Below, piece by piece: positions 12,009-24,955 of a DNA stretch of 64,000 nt. The stretch spans positions 38,315 to 102,314 of the forward strand of contig CAJFCJ010000038.1 in the NCBI GenBank assembly GCA_904063045.1. Direction: 5' to 3'. Made by a program: the position numbers and the translations under genes. Within the stretch, counting starts at the first letter, position 1. Each line of letters begins with the position of its first letter. Below the pieces are notes generated by a model. The model was given only the letters and a program-made list of their open reading frames with translations. It had not been told where the DNA came from and made no database searches. This DNA comes from Dimorphilus gyrociliatus. Its lineage: Eukaryota; Animalia; Annelida.

Positions 12009-12530
12009 TTGGAAAATTCGCAAAATAAATGTTCAAATGTGGAGAACATTAATTTGGCATCAAATTATTTTAATAAGTTATCATTGCAACAAATAATTTG
12101 TCAATTAGAATCTTCTTGTAATACATTACAAAAGATTGACATAAATCACTGTAAAATGAACACAATTAACACATTAAAGAAGATTGATATTGGTCAATAA
12201 AATTTAAAGGAGGAAAATACTTATTATTTGAACAAGTTATTGGAAAAGCATTCACATTTAAGCAACATTAAATTATCATCAAATAAAATTTTTCAGAAAT
12301 ATGTGAAGAAATAGAAGCCTTATCAAATGCATTAAAGACATTAATGTTGATCACTACAATCTAAATGAAGGAAAAGCATACTTTTTGAGAAAATTATTGA
12401 AAAAGTGTTCCCATATAAGAAACATTAATTTGTTATTAAATGGTTTCACGAATATATCACTCGGAGAAATATGAAATGGATTAGTGTCATCTTCAAACAC
12501 ACTAAAAGATGTTGATGTCAGAAATTGACT
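12009..12530 (+). pseudogene. LRR pseudogene
   Basis: KCSNVENINLASN...ESSCNTLQKIDINHC...LLKKCSHIRNINL...NGLVSSSNTLKDVDV, with stops and frameshifts. Confidence 0.8.
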
Positions 12531-12769
12531 ATGAATTTCTGAATGGTTGCCATGATAATATTTTAAAAGATTCCTCTCAGGCAAAAAATGGCGAAAATAA
12601 ACAATGTGTTAATAAAATTGATAATGAAAGATTATCTTATTTTCATTTACGCATTTTACCAATTAAAACCTATGTGTGCACATACAAGAATTTAAGAAAC
12701 AGTTTTCAAACTGACACTACTCAAATGTATTAAAAATTTTTTAAAATATCGGAAATAATCTGGTAGATT

Positions 12770-13500
12770 TTGACAATGGGCTACTATTTAATTCAACTGT
12801 TCTTCATTAAAATCACACCAAAATGCTGATATACATTCTAATGTATTTTTTATGTGGATGAGCCCATCAAAAATGACTGAAAATCCATTTCCCATATTTC
12901 TATTACCATCTAAACTTAATACTTTGATGTTAGAACAACATTTTAATAATTTTGCCCAACATTTACAACTTTCCTCATTTAAATCACAATTTTGCAATAG
13001 AAATAAATTCTAAAGTCTTTTTAGAGTGAAGAAGTTGATCACAAATATCTGAAATTGAATTTAACAAATTTGGATATCCATATAAATCATTTATTTTTAT
13101 CTTAATACAATTTGACAATAATTAACCAGATTTTTGCCATCATTTTCATTCAAATCATATTTGCCAATTGATATCACTTCTAATGTATTTTTAGATCCAA
13201 TAAGACCATTGCAAATATCTGAAAATACATTTTTAATTTCCAAATCTCCACACAAATATATTTCTTTTATTTTGCAGCAATTTTTCAACAAGTCTGCTAA
13301 ACATTTACCTTTTTCCTCGTTTAAATTACAATCTCCAATATCAATTTTCTCTAAATTCTTTTTTGAATGATTAAGAGCATTTAAAACATTTAAAAGTGAA
13401 TTGATCATTTTTTAATTCCCATGCTATTCATGCTGAACGAAATATGGGCTTCTTTAGGGTTTTTATAAATGGTTTCCTCTAATGATGCCAAACACCTCAG
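12770..13500 (-). pseudogene. LRR pseudogene, convergent with 12009-12530
   Basis: ORFs 13097-13408 and 12788-12997 (KNLEKIDIGDCNLNEEKGKCLADLLKNCCKIKEI; NCDLNEESCKCWAKLLKCCSNIKVLSLDGNRNMG) are separated by frameshifts. Confidence 0.85.
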
Positions 13501-14119
13501 TCGTCTATGTCCTTCCTCTACACAAGATATGATAAAGGAAAGAAAATATTTTGTTGAAAGAAAAATTTTCTCTATAAATTTCGATTAGCCACTGCCTCTT
13601 TTAAGAAAACAGTTGTGACTTTGCCAAAAGGTATAAAAGACGCCTATTGTCAATGCATTGGGAGACATCTTCTAAAATGACAGATCGATATAGTTTTATT
13701 GAGTGGTAAGAGTAGACCAATTAGAGTTTTTGCTTAACAATTTCTAAGAGGCCTAGAGGTCACAAAAGGCATGGACAATCTGGCTGTTGGCAGGGAGCAG
13801 GGTCCTAGCAATTTTTCTAGTTGTTAAACAAGCTAGTCAAGACCTAATTACTCAGGATGAATGAAACCAATTAAAAGTGGAACAATTTTTAGAACTTTCA
13901 ATTGTGTTAAAACGTTACTTTGCATTGTTCAAATTGAAATTGTGAACTCTTAAACTCTTAGGAAAGTATATAAACCATACAAATTTAACAGTTGTTAGCT
14001 TAGTTTTCTAACCGCTTGCTTAGGAATAAAAGCTCAGAATATTCAATACATATCTTATTTGGAAAATACTGGCTTTTTGTTGACAGTTTGATATAAAACT
14101 TTGGACAAATATCATTCAT

Positions 14120-14830
14120 TTGCTTATAGTTGTGGACGAACTTGAGGTTCTATTTGGACCAGTACTTTGGCGTAATAGTAATTAGTACCTTTTTTAAAGT
14201 TTTTTTTAACCCTAACCCTATTAAGTTGCTAACTTTCTTGATCAGGATACAAGTTCTATATTATAAAAAGAAAATCTAAACGATTTTTTTATATTAACAT
14301 AAAAAGAACTAAAAAAAAAACGTTTTTGTTTAAAAGCATTTTTTTTCGATAGATAGCCCAGATTCATCATCCTGCTGATGCTCAATTGCTGAAAAGTAGA
14401 TAAAGATGTAAAATTGGCACCCCCCCAGCCACGCTGAATTTTGCTTTTCAGGTTCAGCAAAAGCATCAATTTACATTGTAGGTGGCACTAATGATTCTAA
14501 ATCTTTCTTCTGTCTCTCAGCAATACCTGGGAACATGATATTACCTCTAGTCAATAATGTATTAGCATAGAGGATTTTTCTGTAAACAAAGGCCAAAAAG
14601 GTTTACCAAGCTTTTTCAAATAGTATCATAATTGAATAAAAAAAAATAAATGAAATCACCTGATGTCAACTTTACATCTCTAGTATCACTAGGCTTAACA
14701 AATGTAATTTTGGTAGAGATAAATCAACAAAACACGAGTATTTTGCCCAAAGAATATATATTGAGTAAATGAGTTGCTAGTTCTAACAAGTAAGTTTAAA
14801 CAATTAGCTAATGGTTAACTGTCAACTGTA
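14120..14830. repeat. Two pieces of a repeat also present at 25520-25700, flanking the actin relic
   Basis: 14120-14175 matches 25645-25700 directly (gtggacgaa...ggttctattt...agtactttgg). 14690-14830 matches 25520-25645 inverted (aatgtaattttggtaga...aatcaacaaaa...ttgag(t/c)aaatgagtt). Confidence 0.65.
14330..14595 (-). pseudogene. Divergent actin/actin-like pseudogene, C-terminal about 88 aa
   Basis: RKILYANTLLTRGNIMFPGIAERQKKDLESLVPPTM*IDAFAEPEKQNSAWLGG / ANFTSLSTFQQLSIS / QDDESGLSIEKKCF* aligns to actin [28 protein letters not shown]...[39 protein letters not shown]. One stop and two frameshifts. Confidence 0.88.
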
Positions 14831-15069
14831 GGGTTTGTATACTCTTTCAAAGGTTGATAGTTCACCAATTCCTTTGTTCACAAAATCAAAAGTGACATTT
14901 CAGTCAAAGAAAAGTTGTTACTTCTAGAAAATTGCATAAGATGTAACAATTTTTATAGGACAAGTTGATCATTTACAAAGACATAAGCATTTTACAATGG
15001 CTAGTTTTATTTTTTATTTTAACAATAATATTTAATTACTTGAGTTAATAAGATAAAGCCTACATATAT

Positions 15070-16225
15070 CTATTAGTGCTGTCATCTTTCATTTGGCTGT
15101 GCTACTGGTGCTCTGACAGACAATGATTTTAATTACTTAACATTCTCTATAAACAATTGTGAAATTTGCATGAAAAGTATCAAGGACACATTTATCTGCT
15201 TGAGATGTAATGATGGTTTCTATCAACCTGTAATGCTTGTGTTAATAGATGTAGCTTCTGTATTGATGGTTCAACTTGCATACATAATGGCTGTAAACAA
15301 GGATTTATCAGACATAGAACTAATGGAGAATGTCTATAGAGTACCGGAACAGGTGTTGTGAGGTGTTCCTACATGGATGCTACTTTAGATGTACTTATTC
15401 CAGAGATTTGTCAGACTGATTATAGTCTGAACACAGATGTAATTCCATCAGTTTGCAATAGTTTGTATTCTATGTCTAAAAAATAATAGAAATTATCATT
15501 TACAAATTAATTTTTTCCATATTTTTTATATAGAATGTGATCCAAACTGCAAAATCTGTAATACTAATAAAAAGGATAAATGCAATTCTGGACAGTGTAA
15601 TGATGGCTAGTTTTTGGATGTCACTGATCAAAAATGTTACAAAAACAAACAGGGATGTTTAATTTTGTCCAAAACTAATGGAAAAATTTTAAGGGCATCC
15701 TGCAATACAGTTACATCTGTCCTGTCAGATGGAGAATGTAAAACTTGTCCTGCTGGCTGTTCTCGATGTTCTTTCAATAGTCAAGATAGCAAGTTCACTT
15801 ACAATTCATTCTTGGATCCATTCTATAGAACTGTTGATTCTATAGAATATCTGTTGTCCATGTCCACTGGGACGTAAATCATGTACTGTTCATCCTGTCT
15901 TCCCACTTCAAACATGTTCAAATTATGAAAATTCGCTTGTATGTAAAACCTATTCCAAAAAATTTAACTTAAATATTGATAATTGTGGTTGCTGCCCTGA
16001 CAATTGTCCTCAATACGCCTACAATGGCAAATATAATTGCACAACATTTGGTGATAGATACGCAAAAGCTTTTGATGGAAGTTGCATTTCTTGTATTGCA
16101 AGCTCAGATAAGAGGACAATATATACAAAAGGTAGAATAAATCAGTTCTCTCTCCAAACTAATGAAACTTGTAAGCTATGCTCAGAAGCTGCTTTTGCAA
16201 ATTGCACAATATGTGGTTCAACTCC
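15070..16225 (+). pseudogene. Partial pseudogene paralog of the Cys-rich gene (end of exon 9 plus exon 10)
   Basis: Aligns to 22050-23310 including the shared intron (acceptor tatag|aatgtgatccaaactgcaaa at 15532). Contains stops and frameshifts. Confidence 0.85.
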
Positions 16226-17875
16226 AATTAATGTCAACTTGAAAATTGTAGAAAATGAAGATTATTTAATGAATGAAGACATGGTTATGAATGGTGTTGA
16301 GATTGCATGGGTTAAAATTGGATCAAATAATGAGATTGTAAATACTTTTTGTATGGACAATAAAATGCAAGTGATCAAAGTGAATGCCTCTTAGAGAGGC
16401 GTATAATATTTGCGCTTTTGTTGCATTGAGTAAACTTCTTGAAAAGAATGGTATTAATAAATCTCCCACTGATCTTCAAACTCAGCCTGCTAAATATGTC
16501 TTGATGAATCCTGATCATCACTCTCAAATGTTTGCAGTGTGTGAGAAATCACCATCCTAACATCTGTAATGATATATTGTGGTGCTCAGTTGCTTCAGCA
16601 TCAAATAACTTTTAGGCCTTTTGCCAAAAATTACTCAATGACATATTTAGGATAAATACCTTTATTTTACTAACAAAATTTTATTTTTGATAACATGACA
16701 ATACCCTACATTTTTTGTTGTCAACATACCAATCAAGGGATTAGACTTGTTTTGCTAATGCTTAAAGCATAGCAAAGCTAAACTGTAATGTAGTAACTAA
16801 CATTTACTTGTCAATCAACTGTTTTAAAAGATCTAGTTTTTCTTTAGAACATTAGATTTATAAGATTATTTTTCGCTTGGAGTACGGAATTGCGGACAGT
16901 TCCGTCTAAAATTATTTCGCAGCTTTCTCACTATGTTTTGGATACATTCACTCTCTTTTATACCTTTGCTAGTGTCCCTTAACTGGGTGCTTGACTGTGC
17001 TCATTCGTGGTGCCACGTTTGTTCCACATTGTTCTCTATCTACTGTCCTAGCTATGGCTAAGTCAAGCTCTCCCTTTAAGTGATGCTAACATACTGACAT
17101 ACATTCACTGACTCACACTAGCAAACACAGAGTATAACATTCTGTTCATTAGACATTTAAGTTATTGCGTTTGTTTTCTTAAGTAGATTTTAAGTAGTAC
17201 TGGTATAGGTTCTGTAGAGTAGTAGTTTTAAGCCTAAAATATCATGAAAGTTTTATCATTTTGTACTGATTCTGCTTTTATCTTAAAGTTGTATTTCTTA
17301 ATATGGTGGAGGACTGTATCCGAATAAATCACCTGATTTATTATCACATTGTTTAGTTTTCTCTAATCCACAAACATTCTTGGCCTAAATTCCGTCTTTC
17401 TTATGTCAACAATTGGTGGAATTCAATTGCTCTAATTGCTCTTGCTTGGTTGAATGACTTTATTTTTTTAAATTTTCATAAGCAAACAACTGTGTTTTAA
17501 TCTTCTCATTGCAATAAAGGTTCAATGCAATTTTAATAGCAATATTTCTAATGTTGTCGTCAATTAGGACAAAACCGTTTTTTAATCCATACATTGTTAA
17601 ATAATCTCTTAAGATATTTCTTCTTGGACAAATGAGAAGAATAGAACTAAATGAAAGAAATAATCTCCTTTTGTAAATTGAATAATGGAATAATTACTGT
17701 TTACAGTATTAACTGAGGATTATAAAAAAGGAGCTAATTTTTTGGTTGGTAAATTCAGGTCTTTGACATTGGTAAAATTCAATCTATATTTAATAGTATT
17801 ATCTTGATCAGACATATATTTAAGATCTTTAACTTTACCTGTATCAATCATTTCCTCTTACATATCATAATAATA

Positions 17876-20800
17876 ATGAACTTTTTCATTATTGCCCTGC
17901 TGCTCACTCTGGCCTATCAATGTAAGTTTATAGATTTTATTCATAAATTATATTCTCTCAAGTAAACAATAGCTATAAATTAAATATCAATAATAGATTC
18001 AAGATCGGCTACAGTACCAAACAATGATGTTTATAATTGTGAAGTTGGACAATCTCGAACTAGAACAACAACATGTGGAATTTGCTCTAGTGGAAGAATT
18101 CCTTCTTCAGATCAACTTAAATGTTTTGGTGAGTTTATAGAATGAAATAAAAAGGCATGCACAAAAAACAACATATGACAGTTAATCTTGACAAAAACAG
18201 AATGCCCCAAATTCTGCTCAAAAGGAAAATGTTCACTAAAAACTGATGTATCAAATGAAAATGATGCAACAATATGCTCTCAATGCATTGACAACTATTT
18301 TTTGGACAGTGGAAAATGCTCAGGTATTTTGACAACAGTTCATTTTACCTTTCAAAATACTTATTTATTTATAATTTAATCTGATTGAAGAATGCTCAAC
18401 TGGATGTAGAAACTGTACAAGTGCAACAGCTTGTCTTGACTGTTACTCTAACTATGCAATAAATGATGTAACTAAGCAATGCATACCTTGCCCATCGAAC
18501 TGTGTTAAATGCAGTTGGAACTCTTTAACTTCAAAAGCTGATTGCAAAAGTTGTGAGGATAGATTTGTAAAGAAAGACACTGGATGTATATGTAAATATA
18601 TATTTATTTTGAAGTTTTTTATACATTTATACATTAATAATATTCTCTATCAGCTTGTCTATCTTACTGCAAATCTTGCAGTTATAACAAAGATACTGGT
18701 GTCAGTTGTAGCTCTTGCGATACAAATGCTTATAAAGAAACAATAAATAATATTAATACATGCAAATTATGCTCAACTGCAATTTCTGGTTGTAAAAAGT
18801 GTGTTGATAAAGATACATGTACAGAATGTATTTCTAAAGCCTATGCTCTTTCATCATCAAAAAAATGTGAGAAATGTAGTTCAATTCATTCAGCATGTGT
18901 TGAATGTGATGCTAGTAATGGAATCAATAAATGTAAAACCTGTAAAAGTGATTATTATCTAAAAGATGGTTCCTGTTCCGCCTGTCCAAGAAACTGTGAC
19001 ACTTGTCAAGAAACTAATAACATTGTAAAATGCACAAAATGTAAAGTTGACTATTCAGTAGTTGATCCAAAGAGATGCGATAGATGTCCAGAAAATTGTC
19101 TAGAATGTCAAGTTTCTGGTAGTAAACTGGTATGTAAATCTGGCAGATGTGCATCAAAATATGCTCTCAACTCTGACAACTTGTGCTCAAAGTGTCCTGA
19201 TAATTGTAATGCCTGTTCTTGGAGTTCATCAAATTCTAGGACAGAATGCAGTGGAACAGATGCAAGTCATTCATGTGTTGAAAATGAAGGTGGAAAATCA
19301 TGGGGAAGGAAAAGTGATGGAAAATGTATAGGTCAGTCAAATTACTTTATCCCAAATTTATAATTCATTGATATTAATGTTTTTTGACACAGCTTGTCCT
19401 GGAAATTGTTTAAAATGTTATTTCAAATCTTCTTCTGCATCTTCACCAATTTGTTATGCTTCAAAATGTCAAAAAGGATTTGCTTTTGATGATGATACTG
19501 GAAGTTGTGTTTCCTGTCCTTCTGGATGTGACTACTGTAAAAAGAGAGGTTCTATTTTAACATGCTTAAAATGTAGTGAAAAATATGCACCTAAATATAA
19601 TGCAAATAGTGGAGCCATTGATTCTTGTATGTCATGTTCAATTTCGAACTGTGACTATTGTGAAGTGATTGGTGACAAAGTGGAATGTCGAAGATCTCCT
19701 TGTGCCTCCAAAGCAGTCAATTCAAATAACAAAAAGTTTTCATTTTCAAGTAAAACTTGTGCTACAAGTTGTCCTACTGATTCAATGTGTGCAGCCAAAA
19801 AAGTGAATGATGAAAATGAAGCCTGTTTTTGTAGATCTTGTCCTTCAGGAAGTGTTGTAATTCTAGCTGGAATAAATGCTGGAGTGTGTAAAAATTGTGG
19901 AACAGATTGCGAAGACTGTCAACTAACTGCAGATAAGAGAGATGTTGAATGTAAAACATGTAAAGGTTCAAAACAATTTGTATCAGTAGAAGTAGGTGGC
20001 AGTATGATAAAAGGATGTTATGGTATTTATATTAGATTGAAGTCTTTCTAGAGTAAAACTATGAAAATACTGTATAATATTTGACAGACTGTGATATTGC
20101 CAGGCCTCAGTGTAAAACATTTCAACTTGATGGAAGTACTTGTAGATGTAAATCAGGTGAATGTATTGGTGATATAACTTTATCACCATTTATTACTGTT
20201 TTGCAAGAAACTACAGGAAGTCAAAGGTGCAAAGGTAATATATACAGTATAGAGGCAATTGATGTCTAATAATGTTTTTATTGCATTTTACAGCTTGTGC
20301 TGAGGCAATTCCAAATTCTTTTTTTTGTCAGGGAACATATGCATCAAGTGTTATTTCACTTTGCAAGTATCCATATTTGCCATTTGATGAAGTAACATGC
20401 TCACGTATGTTTATATTTGTTATTTTAACTTCAAATTTCCAATAAAATGTCTATTAATCATTTCATGTAGCAATTGTTACTGGCTGTAAGAAAAGTATAA
20501 TTTCACCAAGTTTGCCATTTGGACAGATAGGTTGTTTTGAATGCACTAAGGGATATTACTTGGAATCAGTAAATTGTATATCATGCCCTTCTGGTTGTTC
20601 TGATTGTATAAAACCAACTGGCCAACCAATAATATGTATAGCTTGTACTGATCCAACAAAAAGTGGTATTGACTGTAAAACACCAACATCTACGTGTACC
20701 TCTCCAGTGCCCAATTGTGACACAAAATGGGCAACAGTTGTTGACCCAGCAACTGATGGAGATTGCAAATGTATTAAGTGCTCTGCTACATTTGCAATTG

Positions 20801-23800
20801 GAACAGCTGTTCCAAATACAGGTGATCAAATTGGAGATTGTGTTGCTGCTAGTCCAGCCACTCCCATAACTGATTGCGAACAACATTTTAATGGTGCTTC
20901 CCTGGAGTGCAAAAGATGTATTAATGATAAAATATTAGACGCAAATGTTTGTCATCCAGGAATAATTGGCTGCAAAGAAAATTATTCTGCATCTGATCCT
21001 ATGGGTGGCCCTGTACGATGTGCTTTTTCTGACACAAACAAAATATTAGCTTCTCATCTCACCACATTAGTTACAGTTGCTCCAGAAGCAAGAGCAACAT
21101 CCAATTGCATAATATATTATCCCACACAACCCATGCCTACCCCAGCAAATGCTGGCCGATGTTCAAATTGTAATCCTGGATATATTTTAGATTTTTCTCC
21201 AACAAAATATGACTGTATAGCATGTACTGTTGCTTCATTAGATCATTGTGCATATGCTGTATCTTCAGGAGGTGTATGTATGTGTGGAAGATGTACTGCT
21301 GATGGAGCAGGAAAGGTATACCACAAACATCCTATATTGACAGGATGTACCCAAAATGATGAGATTCCTAACTGTGCTACTCATACATTAAAACTTAAAA
21401 ATGGTGATTACATAGTAGCCTGTGCTGAATGTACAGCTCCAAATATTTTAGCTGAAGATGGATTGTCATGCATAGCTTGTTCAAAACCTTGTACTGGAGG
21501 AATGAAAGTAGTTGCTGCTGGTTCAACAACATGCACATGTAATTGTGATGCTGTTGGATTCTTAAATAGCAATGGAGATGATTGCATTTCTTGTACAACA
21601 GCTGGCAAAACTGGTTGTTCAGAGGTACATCTGAATGGAGCAACATGTGAGTGCAAAACATGCAATGCAAATTTTGTTTTGAATGCTGATAAATCAGCAT
21701 GTGTTGCTTGTAACACTGGTCCTGGTGGTGCAACTGCCAACTGTAAAAATTGCAACTTAGCTACTTCTCCTGTTAATCAAGTATCAGCTTGCTCTGACTG
21801 TGACAGTGGATATGCATTGCTCACATCTTCAACTCCAGGAACAAATCCTTCATGTATGCAATGTGGTACAGGATGCACAACATGTACAATAGATACATCT
21901 GGTGCTTCTGCTACAACTGATAATAAATGTTCTGTTTGTTCTTCTGGTTATACATTGAATAATATTGGGCTTTGTATTCAATGTCCACAGTCACCAGAGG
22001 TGTGCTCTGATTGTAGAATTGATCCTGATGATCAGACAAGAGCACTATGTCTCACATTTGGATGTCAATCTGGGGGTCTGAGAGATATTGATTTTAAATG
22101 TGATACATGCACTTCCCTGACAGGTTGTGATATTTGTATTAAACAAATTGGTGAAAATCTAAAATGTTTGAAATGTAACTCTGGATATTATATGGATAAT
22201 AGTGATGCTTGTCAACAATGCCAATCTGGATGTGATTTCTGTCTGGATGGCACCACATGCATACCAAATGGCTGTAATGAAGGCTACATCAGACATAGAA
22301 CAGAAGGAACTTGCATACTTTGTACAGGAAGCGGAGTTTCAAGATGTGCATATCAAACACCAACAACTGACACCCTTATACCAAAGATATGCAGAACAGG
22401 ATATAAATTAAACAGTGCTATTTCACCTGCAACATGTGAAAGTATAAAGATATTTCTTTCTAATTATTATCTCTCTCTCTATCCCCCTTTCTATTATAGA
22501 TGAAGTTTAACACACAAATTACATTTTTTTAGAATGTGATCCAAATTGTAAAAGTTGCGAAACAAATGGAAAAGATAAATGTGATTCCGGACAATGTAAT
22601 TCTGGTTATTTCCTTGATTCAAGTAATCAAAAATGTTACAAGAATAAAGTTGGTTGTCTGACATCTGTTAGAAGTAATGAAAAGATAATATGCTCATCTT
22701 GTAATACAGCAACTTCAATACTTTTGAATGGCGAATGTAAAACATGCCCTACTGGTTGTAGTGGATGTTCATTTGATGCTGCAACAAACAAATTTACTTG
22801 TTCATCTTGCATTGGAAAATATTATAAAACATCAGATAATTTATGTTCCCCTTGTCCAACTGGTTGCAGTGTCTGTTCTCTCAATGGAGCATCAGTTGAA
22901 TGTACAAGTTGTCTTGCAACATATGGTTTAAAAGGATCTTTATGCCAATTATGTGGTATTGGAGAATGTCAAACATGTTCTGTTCCATCAAGTGAAAGTG
23001 GTCTTGTTTGTTTAACATGTTCAAATAAGTTTTATTTGAACAGCAATGATTGTGGTCACTGTCCGAAATTCTGTAAAGAATGTTCATATAATCAAAAATA
23101 CAAATGTACAAAGTGTTATAACAGATATGCCAAGGCATCAGATGGAACATGTGTGCCATGTCCATCAAATTGTGAAACATGTACAGCCAATGCAGATAAG
23201 ACAACAAGGTGTACCAAATGCATATCAAATACTTATTCACTAAAACATGATGGAACTTGTTTACTATGTTCAGATGCTGCATTTGCTAATTGTGCAACTT
23301 GTGGACCAACTCCATCAAGTGGAAAAGCAAAATGTCATAGTTGTAGTGGAGGATTCACTTTACAAGATGATGAATTAGCTTGTCTTCCATGTTCAATAAC
23401 TGGATGTGAATTGTGTGCACATGGTCAAACTTGTTCAAAGTGTAAATCAGGATTCTATCTTTTCAACTTCAACAGAGAATGCGCAAGTAGGTTTGATTAA
23501 AAAATTTAATGCATTTGTTCAACACATTGTCATTTCATTCTAGGAAAATGTTTTGAATGTAAGGGAAATAAGGCAGACTGTGGAAATGATTTATCTGGAA
23601 TTCAGAATTCAACTGATAAAGTAAAAGTTATTGATTGTGGAATTGGTGACTGTTGGGCTTATAGAACAGAAGTTTCAGGAACAATAACATTTGCAAGAGG
23701 ATGTTCAAATAAAACTTGCACATTGTCTAATGAGAATGAAAATTGTAAAACAATTGAAGGAAATAAAGAATGCAAAAAGTGTTGTAAAGGAGAAAAATGT

Positions 23801-23911
23801 AACACTTGGGCATTGGATGGTAAAGCAGGGGTTGTTCGTCTTGTTTCAACAACTACTTTACTTGTATTATGCAATGCTTTTATCTTTTGGGCCAGGATGG
23901 CCAAACTATAA
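17876..23911 (+). CDS. Secreted, probably GPI-anchored Cys-rich protein of about 1,790 aa: signal peptide, dozens of furin-like CxxC repeats, Ly6/uPAR domain, hydrophobic tail
   Basis: 11 exons starting near 17876, 17997, 18200, 18391, 18653, 19392, 20089, 20293, 20471, 22532, 23544; phase-1 GT-AG introns at every junction read. N-terminus MNFFIIALLLTLAYQ; last exon KCFEC...RGC...CKKCCKGEKCN followed by AGVVRLVSTTTLLVLCNAFIFW. Length is a hand sum. Confidence 0.88.
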
Positions 23912-24343
23912 ACTATTCATACAACAGGGTAATAGCAGTAGGTAAAAATGTTAGAAGATTTCATTGGAGATGTTTGCTGTTCAATTTTTAATTTGAATTT
24001 CCAGACAATCTTCTCATGTAATTGAATGTTGTAGAATGATTTTTCTTGTATTGTAATTGTAATACCAAGTCAACATGAAAAAAAACTACTGTGTATTACA
24101 GTCTAGCATTTCTTTAGCTCACCAGTTAATCAATACAAAAAGTCTCTAACAAATACATTTTAACCTTACCTATATTTTACAAATCTCAGAGTGATCAATT
24201 ATAAAAGAATTACTATTTAAGACAATTTGAATAGTCCCTGAGATAAACAAATTTAATGCTTCCAAAAAGATTATAAATCTCCTGGATAGAGTGATATTTA
24301 GTAGCGAATGGCTGAATTTTATCACAAGCAGGTAATTTTTCTG

Positions 24344-24548
24344 GGGTCAGCAGAAAATATCCACAAATGAGAAATTTCCAGACAAAAATTTGGATTGAGA
24401 AATGGTTAGGCAAAAAAAACAGCAACTGATCTGAACTTAGGAGTGTCTCCTCTCAGGGTTAGGGGTAATGGAAAAGGTTAGGTATAGTGAAGGACTGGAT
24501 TAGAGTTAAGGTAAAAGCACTCATTTTTGGATGTTTTCTGTTGCATCC
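24344..24548. mobile_element. About 205-bp MITE with TTAGGG-like internal motifs
   Basis: TIR gggtcagcagaaaatatccacaa versus ttttggatgttttctgttgcatcc; colinear with 26117-26322. Confidence 0.75.
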
Positions 24549-24699
24549 ATTTTGTTTTTATAATAGAATGTATCATCTTTTCAGGTAGGAGAAACAATAA
24601 TCAGATAATTGATTATGTTTTAGCCTTTGTCAACATTAGTTTTCAGTCAGTTATGAAGCAACTATGCCTGAGAAATCTATATTCAACTGCAAAACTCTA

Positions 24700-24955
24700 T
24701 TTGGAGAGATGAAGATTGTTGTGTGTGGATTTGCAGAAATGGCAGAATTCACTTGGTTAATTGTCCTAACCTTTTGCAAAAGTGGTTGGTGTTTACCAAA
24801 TTATGATCTGACATCTGATAATCTTTGCTGTAAATGCATTTTAAATTGTAATTTTTGCCAATTGCATTCAGCAAATTCTAGAACTGAATAAAGTGGAACA
24901 AGTATGAGCCATACTTGTTTTGAAAAGCAAAATGGAAAGTCTTGGGGACAATTGG
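24700..24955 (+). pseudogene. Second broken paralog of the Cys-rich gene (3' end of exon 5)
   Basis: Aligns to 19070-19320 (...aattctagaactgaa...ggaaagtcttgggga versus aattctaggacagaa...ggaaaatcatgggga). Confidence 0.7.

Noticed and set aside
14208-14222. Interstitial telomere (taaccctaaccct; also 7905, 26275, 45665)
   Set aside because: Only 1-2 units each, mostly internal to a MITE family.
16230-17820. Possible retroelement or pseudogene remnants (broken frames at 16230-16560 + and 17240-17815 -)
   Set aside because: No recognisable motif; cannot be supported without a database search.
20556-23282. Many 60-135 aa ORFs antisense or frame-shifted to the Cys-rich gene (likewise in 55.5-64 kb and within the LRR genes)
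   Set aside because: They are shadow ORFs of real coding sequence, with no motifs or independent signals.
17876-23911. Horizontal transfer of a Giardia- or ciliate-type surface antigen
   Set aside because: Ten host-type short introns, a metazoan Ly6 domain and local paralogs. CxxC similarity alone is low-complexity.
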